A stretch of 64,000 nucleotides of DNA, taken from Rhina ancylostomus. Its lineage: Eukaryota. This document shows positions 37,084 through 50,956 of the stretch, piece by piece. Every line of letters begins with the position of its first letter. Positions within the stretch are counted from its first letter, which is position 1. The notes beneath the pieces were generated by a model, which was not told where the DNA came from, searched no databases, and saw only the letters and a program-made list of their open reading frames with translations. The DNA is taken from positions 6,356,634 through 6,420,633 of the forward strand of contig JARFYF010000068.1 in NCBI GenBank assembly GCA_030265395.1, given 5' to 3'. A program made the translations under genes and the position numbers.

Positions 37084-37876
37084 CTACAAGAGAAACATAG
37101 AAGCACAATGATGCCAAAATCATACCGCGATCAGCCCTAAAATTTAAATCCATATTTCTCGAAAGTAACATGAAATCCACACAGGATATCAGAGAGTATC
37201 AGTGACAATGCTGAATAATAGTTAGCGAATCGTACGCAGTTTTCACTTCAGCTGCTGATAGTATTTCCGTGCCATAACCCTCCCGATAAACGCATGAAAA
37301 TAAGGACAAGGTCAAATGGAATGCAAAACATTAAAAAGTTAATAGCTTCTTCACGCTAATTCCTATCTTTTGAGTTATACGCTGAATACTACATGTGCAG
37401 ATTTGCTGTGCCTTGCGTGCCAGATCTGTCTCCATGCGTGCCAGGAAATGTAAATCTTAATTAGGCAAATTTCTTTCCGCATTTTATAATCACCCCAACC
37501 CTTCAAACATTCTAGTAAACTTCTATTTTCCATCGCCCAGACCTTTCTGTGCATCAGCACGGTACTCCTCTGCACGTTGCCTTCTGCAAATTGTGTTCTG
37601 TTCTCCACGTGGTAAAATTGGCCAGGTGGAAGGGCACAGCTTGAAGGGCACATTTGGATGTGGCGTTAAAATAACAGGTAGTTTTACGAGAAAATCGTGC
37701 ATTGATTCCATATGTGCACCTTGTGACTTCATTGTGAGTGGACGAAGGAACCCACCTTATGTAATAGCACTGGGATATTCAATGGAAACAGGAATGTTGC
37801 TACATATAAGAAAAATCCAAATATTTCATTGTTACTCTGGGCATCGTATACCGTGAAATTTAATTATGTCTTTCAC

Positions 37877-37900
37877 CTTCATCCAACGGTCCTGCTTCTT
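37877..37900 (-). CDS. Micro-exon 24 nt: EEAGPLDE
   Basis: ttttcacgcag|AAGAAGCAGGACCGTTGGATGAAG|gtgaaa; paralogue of the 51798 and 58111 exons. Confidence 0.8.
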
Positions 37901-40900
37901 CTGCGTGAAAATTCAAAAAGGTCATCAATACAAGGAATTCTTTTTATGTAAAGTTATGCTATTTATACGGAGTAGGGTTTCATTAATATATACTATCAGA
38001 CATATATACCCTCCATGCAAGACCATGTGCATGATATACCGGTCAGTTCTAGCCTGGAAAGCGACAACACTGCTCAGGGAAAAAAACCCGTCCCAACACA
38101 GATGAAGGTCCGTTAAAGAGAAAGCTGGAAGCACAATAAACCACTATAGCCCTGGGCACATTCCTTGCGGTTCAGCAGTGACGATGGGCCATCTTCATTT
38201 TTTGCATAAAGCACATATATTTGCAAATTCCCACTTTGAATTTTCATGAACGGAGCGCAGAAATAATTTGCTTTTCAACTGTTGGACTGACACTTGTCTT
38301 GATTTCCTCCCTGTCCTTTCAGGATGACAAGATAAAATGCTGGGTACTTCTTGAATTCCTCTTTGGCGGGGGGAATTGTAAGAACCAGAGACCACGTGTT
38401 TAAGCTAAGTTTATTCTATTCATTCATTCATGGTGGAATGGTTAAAGGTCTGATCATTTCTTTGAATTATGTATCTACCTGTCTTTAATCATGTCCATCC
38501 CAACAATTTGCAAGGATATAATGCTAAAAGAAGTGACTGTTTACAGCCTGGGTGTACTTATTGAGGTGTTGATGTTTGATTACTATTTTGCCGCACAGCA
38601 GAATGAATGGTCATCTTGAAGTTAATTTACTTAATCTGCTTCTAAACTTTTTTAAAAAAAGAATAACAGCTACTCTACAGGAACTAGTTTCTTTTCCATT
38701 TTAATCAATCGAAAAGGAAGCACGTCAGACTGCAATATTATACGTTTATTTTTGCTGGTGTGGGGTGTGGGGGCACCAGAGCTCCAGAAATGTTTCAAAT
38801 GCGTTATTATTACGAATTTTATTTGCTGTTCTGCGAAACTAACTTTCCTTTGGCCTTCTGAAATTCAACAGCATGGATTGGCGAACGCATGTAGGATGTA
38901 TTGGGCCTCAGTTGGCCTGTTTTGTAAAGAATCTTCGATAAACTACAGCGTCGCTGAGGTCCACGCTTGCGCTTTGCAACATGAACGCAGCATGTCGAGG
39001 TAACGCTCTATCTGCCTTTCTGCTTTGTCTTATGATTCACCACTGGATCAAGGAGCGAAGCTCAACTGAGCTGAGTTTGTGAACGGGATACATTTTACGT
39101 CCGGCCCGTTCACTTTCCGTTGGATATAACAGAGCCAAGTCAGGGACTTACTGCACATAGGCTATTTCACTACAGTTTTACGATTTTATAAATACACTGA
39201 CAGAACGTTGCAAATTATTTTACACCTATCATTCTAGGCCATTAACCGATTTTCCAGAAAACATATATGACCTGTNNNNNNNNNNNNNNNNNNNNNNNNN
39301 NNNNNNAAGCTTCTTTTAGGCACTCAACTTTTCTTCTCTCATCCAAGTAAAATGTCCGAATTTGCGGCAATTCCTGCCAATACGGGAGGTGGGACTGGCA
39401 GCTAATGGTGGCCATAGCGCTGCAGTTAGAGGGGCGGGGTATTCATTTTAATACCAGTTTCTTCCATTGCAGACTGTTGCAAAGAATTGTGACTGAACAA
39501 AATAAATTTATGGATTCTTTATCTTAAATTATATGCTTGTTATATTATTCCTGGAAGCAACCAGTTTGGTGGGCTAGACAGTGTTAATTTATTGCCGGCG
39601 ATTCCATGAAGAAAAGCTTAGGAACTGTAGTGCATCTGTCAATGCGTACAGAAATTCAGCGTCCATCCACTGCAACATATGATTTTCATTTCTACCATTG
39701 GACTCATCCGTACATTCAGTGGCGCTTCTCTACTGTACGGTCTGTGGAGCCAGATACAGGCGTCTGAACTGTACGCAAGCCATAGGTCACTCGTGAGTCG
39801 CGCCTCAAGTTGCTGAATGGTTGGCCGAACTCTACTACACAAACAAGACAAAATTTTCACTCTATTATTCATAGTTTATTATGTTTAATTTATGCCGAGT
39901 CCACTTTAAATGGGTTCGTCATGCTTTTTTGTTATAACTAATATTTTAAATTATGCGAAAGTTATTTTAGCCTCTTACAACTGTATTTACCAAAGAGAAA
40001 CATCTGAGGTAATAACAAAGACGTCTGACAGCGCTCCTGTCATTGAGTGGTGCCATTGTTTCCGCCGCCTGTAGCCCTCCCCTCGCTGGTACTCAGAACA
40101 GAGGGGACGGCAGGAGGTTGGGAGATGCACGGCCACAATCCGTGTGAGTATCAACTGGCTTTCTATGAGACGCGTACATAGGATGCGAACTGATCCAGCG
40201 TCATTTGGCGGAATCATTGAATGATCATCCCAACTTCCGCTGCTCCATTCAGGTATATTGTGCTTGGACACAGGCCTGACTTCCCCTTCCTTAAGTCCAC
40301 AATCAGTTCCTTGGTCTTGCTGACAAGACAAGGCTTTTGTTACGATACGTTGCTTAATATTATCGTCGAAAGAGATGCAGGGCCAACATTAGCAAGGTTC
40401 TTGTTTAAGCGAAGAACTATGTCTCTGAAGTTAGAGTTTCCTGTTCATTGCGTCACTCATACATAAGAGAGAAATAAATTGGTGGTCAGTGCTAAACTAA
40501 CCCCCATTAGGAGGAGACGAAATATTCTGCTTCAAATTTAACCGCATTTTCAGATGATGATATTGAGAGAACCTGTTACATCATCATACAGAGAACATCA
40601 CAATACTTACTATTTTTGTCGCGAGATTTTCTAAGGTCTAAAAGACAAGATGACAAATTAATTGAAAGAATAGTTCCTGAACTCTTTTACAGGAAGCAAA
40701 CGAGAAACACTTAATTCACAGCAGTTTGCTGATTTATGTTTGAACTCAGGAAACACAACTTGAGAGAACTTTGGATCTGCGGTAGATAATTTGTATGATT
40801 ACGAATTTGATGCATGCATTGCTAGAAGATCGGCATAACTTGCCGCTGTAATGTCTGGGATAGAGTCATTCCTGACAGGTGCAAGTTTCGTCGGTAGTCC

Positions 40901-41249
40901 TATTTAACCGCTAGGTGCAGGACACAAGACGAAACCCCTTAATCATAACACAAACAAGACCTCGAAATAATGAGACGTGCTCTGCTCAGATACCATTATT
41001 CGAACTGTGTTGAATCAAATAAAACAACAAGAAAACGAAGGCAAAACCCAGAAGAAGCGAACTTAAAACAGTAGAAACTCCGGAAGTATTGCGTGCAAAT
41101 AGTTTCATGACAGAAAGCAGCACGAACATTTTGTAACGTTATGCAACTACAAATCTCTTCTCCAATTGGACTGAGCGACACGACTCGGGATGGTAGAATG
41201 AAATTCAGACTTCTTTGTTGTAAAGGAAACACCTTCTTCTAAGTAGGAA

Positions 41250-41440
41250 CAGAAACTACTGGAAACACTCAACAGGTCAGTTTGCATCCGTGGAAAGAGA
41301 AAGAAGTATAAGATGAGGAAGGTTTTCGGACTGAAGCGTTCTCTTTCCACGGCTTCCATCTGAGCGTTTGATCGAATAGAATGTTTCCACAAGTCCCAGT
41401 ATTTACTGGTTTTATTTCAGATTTGCTACACTTGCTATTA
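41250..41440. mobile_element. Short hairpin-type Penelope-derived element
   Basis: Perfect 14-bp inverted repeat CCGTGGAAAGAGAA (41288-41301) / TTCTCTTTCCACGG (41339-41352) within CTGGAAACACTCAACAGGTCAG...TTTCAGATTT module. Confidence 0.55.
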
Positions 41441-42229
41441 TTTTATTTCATTTCCATGCTTTGTAGATTATGAAGACCGTCATTTACATTCCCATATGTG
41501 CCCGTACCACAGATAACTCGTCACTGATGGTAGAACAATACTGTTGAGGAAGCAATTCATTCAGGATTAACAGAGGGGAAAACGCAAGATGTGGCAATAT
41601 CACGTTTCCTCCGAGAACAACCTCTACTGGCTGTACCTTCATCTGACAAGAATCAGGTCAGATTGTCGTAACTCATACTTTAAAGTTTTAAATTATGCAA
41701 AAGTTATCTTAGCCACTTGCAGCTGTATCTTCCAATCCATTGTGGAATTTTCAATCTTTCCTTCTCAAGTGACGTTTGTGGTCTGGAAATCCTTGCACAT
41801 TTGATGCTCCATGCAATGTTGAATGTGCTTGTGGGCTGGTTTAATTTCAAATATTTATTTCATGTTTCCACTCATAGTCATACTGTTTCACTTGACGAAT
41901 TCTGAAATATTTCAGAGCGCCACTGGATCGACGGCAAAAAAAAAATCAAATTGCGTGATATCCTTCGAGAAGCATCCAATTCAATATTTTCTCTTGAGAT
42001 ACCCTGAGTTTTACTTTGCATTGATATTCCGATTATTAAATGAGTTATCGATGACGAGCGAGTTAGGAAAGCAACATTCCAACATTAGTTTTGCTCCCGT
42101 CCATGAGCAGACGAACATGGAATGAGGTCGCTGTCTACTCGACATTTCGCAACTCATATATTCTTTTCTCTATATTCATTGGTCCATGTTCTCACTGTCT
42201 CAGTGCTCCCATTCTCTCGTTGCCCAGAT

Positions 42230-42905
42230 AACCCTTGTTTACAGGTTCTCCCCATGGCTACTCGGTTTCACCATATAAGAGACATCCCCCTGCTCCCATT
42301 CTCCCTACAGATTAACAGACCTCTTTCCTTCCCAGTTCTGACGAAGCGTCCTCGACCTGAAACTTTAATTTCTGTTCCTGTCAGACGCGGCGTGAACCGA
42401 TGAGTATTCCCAGCACTTTATGTTTTCATTTTAGATTTCCAGCATCTGCAGAATTTTCGGGTTTTCATTTACCTGTTATCTACTCTAACCGGCCATTTAT
42501 TTCTTTGAAACAGTTGGGGACGCGTTACATCTGTCTTAACCCCGCCCCTTAACTTTGTTCAATATTGGATCAAGTTCGGAGAAAGGGCAGTTAAATGCAG
42601 CGAACAACGTCGGGATTTCTACATTACGCTTGCTGTTAACAACATATACCACAGACTAAGAAATTTCATAAGCTGGCAATTTCTCCCATTAAGCTATTTT
42701 GACTATCAGAGTCACTTTCTTTGTTCTGCACATCCCCCCTTCTCTGCTACTCAAACCTAACTTGTATTTCTCTCTTTTCCAGATCTAACGAAGGGCGACA
42801 GGCCTGCAGCGTTCACTTTCTGCAAATTCTGGCTGATCTGCCGAGTATTTTTGATACTTTGTGGTTTTATTCCAGATTTCCAGCATGTGCAGATCTTTCC
42901 CCCCT
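42230..42905 (+). mobile_element. Two Penelope-like terminal-repeat fragments (about 42230-42460 and 42720-42905)
   Basis: Both end in GAGTATT...AGATTTCCAGCAT(C/G)TGCAG, the same module as about 690-826. Confidence 0.65.
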
Positions 42906-42941
42906 TTGATGAAGCAATGACACATCAATTTTAGCGCTCAC

Positions 42942-42968
42942 CGTATTGTGCACGAGTTGCTCTCATAT
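42942..42968 (-). CDS. Micro-exon 27 nt: DMRATRAQY
   Basis: gtttgattag|ATATGAGAGCAACTCGTGCACAATACG|gtgagc. Confidence 0.8.
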
Positions 42969-44715
42969 CTAATCAAACAATATAATAATAGTATTTAGTA
43001 CTGTAGCTGAGTTGGAATATCGCAGCAGAATTTTAATAAAATAACGAATGGTAACGGAAGAAAGGGTATTATGAATCATTCGCTTTCACTTTAACATGTA
43101 ATTGATAAAATTCATGGCTTGAGTTCCGTTAAAATAGTCCATTCTGTTATATAATTAGAAATCAAACAACTTTGGGGTATATAAGTAAAGCTTTTTATTG
43201 TGTTTGTTAAGTAAATTTCAAAATTTCCCCGTCATTGAATGCATTGATCCTGTTACACTCTTCATTAGGACTACGTTGCAGGATACATTAGCAAGAAATG
43301 TCCCTTTGTCGGTATTGAACCCCCGAAAATTGCACTCAAATCTTGGAAAACGGTTATCGTGAGCCATAATTCACAAATAAGACACGAAGTACTCTACAAG
43401 GCAGAAAATAAAATCTAATAAGTTTATTCTGATCAACTTCTTTCACATCGCAAAGACACACGAGAAAAATAACACGGATCAGTGTCAACTTAAGACACGA
43501 AGAAATCCTTCACAAGTGATAAGCACATATTAATAAATGGCGAATATTATAACATCTTCCACAGGGTACATTGGAACTACCGAGGTGATGGAAAGTTAAA
43601 CATGAATTTCCTTTATATAGATGAAACCCAATTTCTTGTATAATCTGGTGTCCAAGCCTTGTAGAGACAAGGGCAACTCCAGCTTGAAGGATCGCCTCAA
43701 ACAAATCCGGAAGCATTTTCGCGATTTAGGTAACCTCTTATGTAAACTAGTTGCATTGCAGTAAAATTAGGAGGGCAAGCCTTCCTCTCGGCTAATGTAT
43801 TTAAGTAACATTACTGGTCGTTCTGACAACCACGATTCTTTAAAGTATGTAGACCTCGATAAATCACTCTTTTGTTTTAGTATTTACAGTGCCTTTGACT
43901 TGGTCTGTCTAATTGAGGCAATGCAGCTGGCGTTAATCTTATGGCCATCATCTTCTTTAATATCCTCGTTTAGTTAATAATTTCTATTAGAATTAGTGAC
44001 AGACCAGGGATTATTACATGGCTCATCATAATGAATGTTATCAATGCTTTAAGGGAAATATACATTGGTTTAATCTGACTAATTTAAATCCTACCAAAAA
44101 GCGGACCTATCGATATCTGACGCCAGTTTTAAAAAAGATTTGCAAAGGTACTGCTTAATTTCGAAACTCAAACGTTGAAAAGGAAAGAAATATTGAAGAT
44201 GTCCCAAAATAACTTTCCGTTATATTCCCTTCTTAATGTTTATTTGAATGTGGATTAACATTAAACAATGCAGTTTTTAAAAAATGTGCTACAACCCACA
44301 TGCCATTCACTGCTCGCTGAGTTACCCCATTGAAACCAATGCACTTCCCTTTCGTGCTCTTTAGCAGAGCCTTCAAACCACAGCCAGCTGATTTTTGTAA
44401 ACCTCTCGGAATGGAGGTTTTGATTCTTTTATATCTTGCTTCGTGCAGAGATAGTACACTTTGCTGATGTATCAGATAGAAATTTCATTTTACGACATCC
44501 ATATCCATCTGGAAAATTTACGTGACAAATCCAAAATCTAAATCTCCTGCACCCCCTGTGAAGACAGTGTTATGCCAAGCACCTAGGCATATTGAAATAT
44601 CCTTTACTGAGTGCTGGACAAGTAAGAAAGATAACTAATTGAAGCATGACTCGCCACAAATATCTGTTTATTAAAATTCTTTGCTGACCAAATAGAGTTT
44701 GATTTATTTTCTTAC

Positions 44716-44748
44716 CGTCGCTAAGAAGTTTTCCCAATCGTTTTATTT
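44716..44748 (-). CDS. Micro-exon 33 nt: EIKRLGKLLSD
   Basis: aattctag|AAATAAAACGATTGGGAAAACTTCTTAGCGACG|gtaaga. Confidence 0.85.
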
Positions 44749-44780
44749 CTAGAATTATTAAAAACAATAAACGTTAATTT

Positions 44781-44781
<1 letters not shown>

Positions 44782-44855
<74 letters not shown>
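44782..44855. repeat. (GA)n microsatellite running into a gap; reads (CT)n on the gene strand, 33 nt upstream of the 44748 acceptor
   Basis: Seen directly. Confidence 0.95.
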
Positions 44856-45049
44856 NNNNNNNNNNNNNNNNNNNNNNNNNNNNNNNNNNNNNNNNNNNNN
44901 NNNNNNNNNNNNNNNNNNNNNNNNNNNNNNNNNNNNNNNNNNNNNNNNNNNNNNNTGATCTCTGAGGCAAGATTCCTTCCAGTTACTGCCTGTGTTTGTC
45001 CTGAGGAAGTATCCTGACTCCAGTCTTGTATAAGTGTGCCGCATTTGGG

Positions 45050-46540
45050 TTCTCTGTGACTTTGCTCCGGATCCACATTGTGATAAACGCACGACTTCAC
45101 TCAACCTATCCTCTTAAGATGCCATCCAATCCAGGCAGCGCACTGGTAAATCTCCTCGGCACTCTCTCTAAAGCTTCCATATCAATCCTCTAATGAGCGA
45201 GCAGAACTGAATAAAATGCTCCGTGTGCTCGAACCAGAGTTCTGTAGAGCTGCGACATTTCCTCTCGGCTCTTGAATTCAATACCCTAACTAATGAAGGT
45301 CAAAGCACCATCCGTCTTCTCAACAATCCTAACTACATGCGCGCCGAACTTGAGGGATCGATGGAGGTGGATTCCAAGATCCCTCTGTTCCTCCACACTG
45401 CCAAGAGTCCTGCCATTATCCTTGTATTCTGCCTTCAGATCCGATCTCCCGATGTGTATCTCTTCACATATTTCCGTGTTGAACTCTATCTGCCACTTCT
45501 CCGCCCAGTTCTGCATTCTATCAATGTCCTGTTGTAATCTGCAGTGACCTTACACACAATCCACAACACCACGAACCTTTGTATCATCAGCGAACTTACG
45601 AACTCACTTTTCCACATCTTCATCTAACTCATTTATAAAAATCAAAAAAGAGCATGGGTCTCAGAACAGATCCCTGCAGGATACCACTAGTCACCGACCT
45701 CAAGGCAGGTTACGCTCCATCTACCACCACCCTCTGTCTTCTATGGTCAAACCGGTACTGAATCTACACAGCCAAGACTCCCCTGGATCCCATGCCTTCT
45801 GACATTCTAAATGAGCCTTCCATCAGGAACCTTATGAAACGCTTAAAATCCATGTACACCCCATCCACTGCTCTGCCTTGATCAGTCTGCTTTGTCACAT
45901 CCTCAAAGATTTCAATCAGGCTCCAGTGGCACGACCGGCCCCTTGCAAAGCAATGCGGATACCCATAACCCCAATCAGCCGATGCTCCTCAAAATGCCAA
46001 TAAATTAAGATTCTATGAATTTTCTCCTGTGACTTGCCCACCACTGAATTTGCCGGAATTGTTGGTCTGAAATTCCCGGAATTATTCCTACTCCCTTTTT
46101 TAAACAAAGGAAAAAGAAACATTTGCCACCCTCCAATCATCTGGTATTACTCTGGTGGCCAATGAGGACGCAAACCCTTCGCCAAAGGCCCAGAAATCTC
46201 TTCCCTTACTTCCCGTAGTAACCTTGGATATTTCCCGTCCGTCCCTGGTGACTTACCTATACTAATGATTTTCGAAATTTCCAGCAAATCCTCTTTCCTC
46301 ACTTCGATATGAAGGAGCAGAACAGCCTGTTGTGCACCATCCTTACAATAGACAAGGTCTCCCTCACTGGTGAATACAGAAGCAAGGTATTCATTTGGGA
46401 CTCCCCCTACCTCTTCCGACTCCAGGCACGCGTTCCCTCTTGTATCCCTGATTGGTTCTACCCTCACTCGAGTCATCCTCTTATTCTTCACATACGTGCA
46501 GGAAGCCTTGGGCTTCCCCATGATCCTACCCTGTCCCATA
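45050..46540 (-). mobile_element. CR1 LINE ORF2 (RT) fragment, frameshifted
   Basis: KSPGTDGKYPRLLREVREEI, PLFKKGSRNNSGNFRP, WAEKWQIEFNTEICE.IH.GR, VEEQRDLGI motifs. Confidence 0.92.
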
Positions 46541-47599
46541 TCCGGACACATGGTGTAAATTATGCCTGGGGATAGGAGTGTCCAAATGTATAAGGTAGGA
46601 TTGATTTCAATGAGGAAAGTGGCGTGAAACTTTGAAACAAATGAGATGCGGCGACACAATGCTTACTTTGGTGTGTTTGTTTTCGAGATCTCAAATTATG
46701 ATCCCCAAATACTGGTGCAAATCCAGTCAGTACATATTAAAATCTTTAAAGCCTGACAATGAGAACGATCCTGGTAGCCCACTGGTTCAATCTTGACCTT
46801 TTGGAAATCGGGCTCCATTCCTCTGTTTGTTGTGTCCCACTCTCTGCACTGGGGTTGATTGTCGGCTACCCTCAGAACAGCAGGTATTCCACGCACACCC
46901 ACCCCACCCCCCCGAATTAAACGACCACCACCTGTTCAGAGAAGATCACGTCCTGTGAGCAGATCTGTTGAGCTCGGATCCATGTATACGGCGCGCAAGC
47001 TGCTGTTGTCACCGTTGTAATGGACACAATTGATTGATATTCTTGTGTAAACACCTGACTCTGCGTATGAGTGGAATTGGCTACTTGCTCTATGTGGGAG
47101 GGTGTGAAATTGTGTTTGGTGATGCAGCGGTTCTGTCACTTGTGACAGGCCGATCGGAGCTGGACATTCTTCTTATTTTCTCTAATTTCATTCAGAGAGC
47201 CGAGTTATGTAATCAGTAAGTCCTTGGCAAATTGGGTCGATTCAGACCCTTCAACGGAGAGAAGTGAGTGTACGACCTGGGAAAGATGGACCCAGGGATA
47301 CTCGTGTGTGACCGTCGGGCGAAGATGGCCCCGGGAATCGGACAGTGTGCGACGCGGAGCTTGTGCTTATGAAGGTAAATCCCAGTATGTTTTGCCTGCA
47401 TCATCTGCTTTGGTTCCATAAAGGTCTCCGCTATCAGCACATCGGATGGTGTAATCAGTATGACCAAGTCTGCGGGGCAGTTCTCGGCGCGTGTTTGTTT
47501 CCGTTCAGAAGCTATCGAGATGATCACCCCGCAGGAGACCCAGTTCACTTTCACTGACATTGTCCTATTCCAGTATCTGTTCACCCGGAGCATCAGCTC

Positions 47600-48125
47600 A
47601 CGTTGGAGAACTCACTCTGAATGTCCATGCAGATCATTCCGAAACATCAGTGCATCGAGTACAAAGGGATAAGTAAGAACAAAATGCAAAATAGAGTTTT
47701 GCAATTCCTTTGCAGACAAGAGGCAGTGCAGCTCAACAAATTAGGTGCAAGGGCCAAGACGAGTTCGTTTGAGAGATCGATAATTTATCTCCTTCGTACA
47801 AGAGAACTGTTCAACAGTCTTACAACAGCGGGATAGAAGCTGTCCTTGAGCCTGGTGGTACGGGGTTACAGGGTTTTGTATCTTCTACCTGATGGAGACG
47901 GGGAGAACAGAGAATCACCGCGGTTGGAGTTGTTGCTGACGATGTTGGCTGTTAAATTGAGGCAGCGAGAAATATAGACAGAGTCCATGGAGAGGAGGTT
48001 GGTTTTCGCGATCGACTGAGCTGTTGGCACACCAAGCTGTGATGCATCCCGACAGATTATTTTCTGTGATCCACCCGTAAAAATTGCTGAAGGTCAATTG
48101 GGACATGCCGCATTTTCTGAGCCGG
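47600..48125 (-). mobile_element. Rex1/Babar LINE 3' fragment
   Basis: MSQLTFSNFY...LSGCITAW and the reverse complement of the CCATCAGGTAGAAGATAC...ACCACCAGGCTCAAGGACAGCTTCTA motif also seen at about 6460-6520. Confidence 0.85.
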
Positions 48126-48815
48126 AGTTAACACAGTGGTGTGGCAGCAGTGTTTAAAGTGAGAAAACGCACACCAGCCCAGCTCACCCTGCCGGCTCCT
48201 CGTAAACATGTGGGGGGTGGTGGTGGGGGGACTGTCCAGAATCATGTGGCAGAACTGTCATGTCAACATTTGAATAGCGGCAGTGATTAGCTCCTAGTAC
48301 CTTCTGGGTCGAACAGCACTGTCCTTGGTATAACACACAAGCCTCATTTCGTGGCAAAGTCAAAGAATAAAGTATGGACGTGCATTTCCCCTGATGACGA
48401 GACATCTTACCTCTTCTTGCATTTAATCTTCATATAACATACCTCGGGATTTCCCTTTATCTCCCAGTGATATCCCGTGGCCACTCTTTACAGTCCGAAT
48501 TTCCGTTTTGTGCACCGACACTTTCTTCATGCACATGGAAGTCCTTGCCCACACGTCATTTTCAGACCTCTCTACCTGCCACATTCTTCATGCTTGCTTC
48601 ATCAAATCCCCGATATCCCTTGAGTTCCGGGGTTGATTGGACTTCCCGTCCTCACCCTCACAATTACGTGATGTTAAGAGTCAGGTTTGTATTTGGTGTG
48701 TGTCCCTTTAAGGCACCTGGACAGTCAAGCAGAAGTCGTGTGTGTGGTGTCATCAAGACAGCAAGATTATAACAACGTGCTGACGGTTTTTCTCTGTGAA
48801 TCGAAGTGTCGAGGT

Positions 48816-48817
<2 letters not shown>

Positions 48818-48848
<31 letters not shown>

Positions 48849-48886
48849 CAGAGACAGAGACAGAGACAGAGACAGACAGACAGAGA
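48818..48886. repeat. (GA)n/(GAGACA)n microsatellite
   Basis: Seen directly. Confidence 0.92.
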
Positions 48887-49249
48887 GGATTATATCTACC
48901 AAAAGCATTTATCTTTCTAAATTTACTGTGTCTTCTGTTCAGTTGGTTTGAGTTTTCTGCCTGTTGTTTATTGCATTGCTGAATACTTAAGTCATCACAT
49001 ATCTCATTCACCATAGCTAGCTTCTAATCTTCCGTTATCTCCCTTTCTACAGTCTGTCCCATTGTCCTTCCGTCTAAATTACCATGAAAGCGACCATCCT
49101 ATTTTGCATCTATCAAATAAATTTGATATAAAGTAGACACCGCAACAGAGGAGAGGCAGAACATACTGAAAATTAATTGTGTTATATTCGCCATAATTTC
49201 AAGTTAAAACAAATCGGATTTCACAGAACCGCAGAACTTATCAGCACGT

Positions 49250-49453
49250 AGTACCTGAGGACCTGCACTCAATGATTCAGAAATAGCTTCTTCCCCTCCG
49301 CCATCAGATTTCTGAACAATTCATGAACCCAGGAACACTGCATCTTTATTCCTTTTTACACTATTTACTTATCTTTGTAACTTATTGCAGTCTTATGTCC
49401 TTGCACTGTACTGCTGCCTTAGAATGACAAATTTCACTTCATGTAAGTCAGTG
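49250..49453 (+). mobile_element. Rex1-like LINE 3' tail
   Basis: GATTCAGAAATAGCTTCTTCCCCTCCGCCATCAGATTTCTGAAC (..RNSFFPSAIRFLN) plus tail. Confidence 0.75.
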
Positions 49454-49777
49454 TCTCGAATTCGATTATCGAGAGATGGTCACTCCTTTACGTACATTTT
49501 TCACAGAGCGGCCTCTGTGCTGGAGCCCCTCCATGAAACAGCGCGGGCAGAGATGGCAGGCCCACGGACCGCCATGATTGACTGTTGACGTCCTGCTCTA
49601 AATGTCCCTTTCTACTGCTTCCGTATATTTCTGATGAGCAACAGCACTTCGGAATTGGCGAAAATATCCAAACCATTCAATGATTTGTTAAAATGATGTC
49701 TGCTGTAAGTGAAAAATCCTTTGTTAGAGATTTTGTGGGACTGTGCACTTTTAATTGTAATATATATATGCAGTTAC

Positions 49778-49804
49778 CCATTTCTTTCTCTTTTAATTCT
49801 TCTT
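49778..49804 (-). CDS. Micro-exon 27 nt: EEELKEKEM
   Basis: gtgtattttag|AAGAAGAATTAAAAGAGAAAGAAATGG|gtaact. Confidence 0.8.
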
Positions 49805-50094
49805 CTAAAATACACAATAAGGAAATCAATATATGTTATGCAATAGTATGATTGTAAATTGTCAGCTTATTTCACCATGATTTCTGTTCGTCTTCTGTTC
49901 TCAAACCGAAACTCTATTTCCAAATCAAAATGTAAGGCGAAATTTGCAAGTATCGCTTTTACCAGATTAGTTGATTTTCTGGTTCGACTGATTTTGTCAC
50001 TTGAAAGGTCAAACTGAAGAATCGTTTCGGACTTTCGGTTCACAGTAATGCATATTGAGTTGTCCAAAAAAAATGCAAGTTGAACTTATTCGTA

Positions 50095-50320
50095 GGTAGC
50101 ACCTGAGGATCTGCACACAACGATTCAGAAATAGCTTCTTTCACTCCGCTGTCATATTTCTGAACGATCCATGAACCCAGGAACACTACATCTTTCTTCA
50201 TTTTTTACACTGTTTACTTATCATTGTAATTTATTGCAGTCTTATGTCCTTGCACTGCACTGCTGCAGCAGAACAACAAATTTCACGTCATGTAAATCAG
50301 TGATAATAAATCCGATTCTG
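50095..50320 (+). mobile_element. Rex1-like LINE 3' tail, close relative of 49250-49453
   Basis: Near-identical ACCTGAGGA...GATTCAGAAATAGCTTCTT...CATGAACCCAGGAACACT...GTCTTATGTCCTTGCACTG. Confidence 0.75.
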
Positions 50321-50923
50321 CTGCTGCAGTAACCCACGAATAGCCCCTAACCTGCTGTTATGGTGGATGGTAAGCAATGGATCGAGATGAGCAACATTAT
50401 TGAACCAAGGAAAATAACTCGGTGAGAAATTGATACCGAGTTACCCTGGATGGAAAAATAACGTCTTCACTCATAATAAATCGGATTGATATTATTCTGC
50501 ATGCCAACTGACTTCTGTGACACATTATTCAGTACTCCAATACAGTTTCTCGGTTATGTTTATTGCCAGAGAGATAGCAGCATCCCTTTCAACTTAAACT
50601 ATGCGCAAATTGGGAGAAATTGCATTTCAGTCATCGATATGGAGAAAGTTCATGTAAATGAAAAAATACTGATTGCATTATAAACGTTTAAGGTTTCCGC
50701 TTCGACGTTCAATCATGCACTGCAAAAATACATCTTATCTATGTTAACATACCAAGCCTAGACCCTATATATTGTTATATTTACAATAATATTAGCATCT
50801 TTGTTGGAACAGTGATAATTATTTCATCTCAACGTGTGCTCATTCCTAGTAACTTTAAGTAAGAAAGTTCAATAATTGTCCAATGTTTCCTTGATATGAA
50901 CGTCGATTGTTATAATTGCTCAC

Positions 50924-50956
50924 CATATTGTTCTCGAGATATTTTTGCCTCTTGAG
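50924..50956 (-). CDS. Micro-exon 33 nt: AQEAKISREQY
   Basis: atgtttcag|CTCAAGAGGCAAAAATATCTCGAGAACAATATG|gtgagc. Confidence 0.8.
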
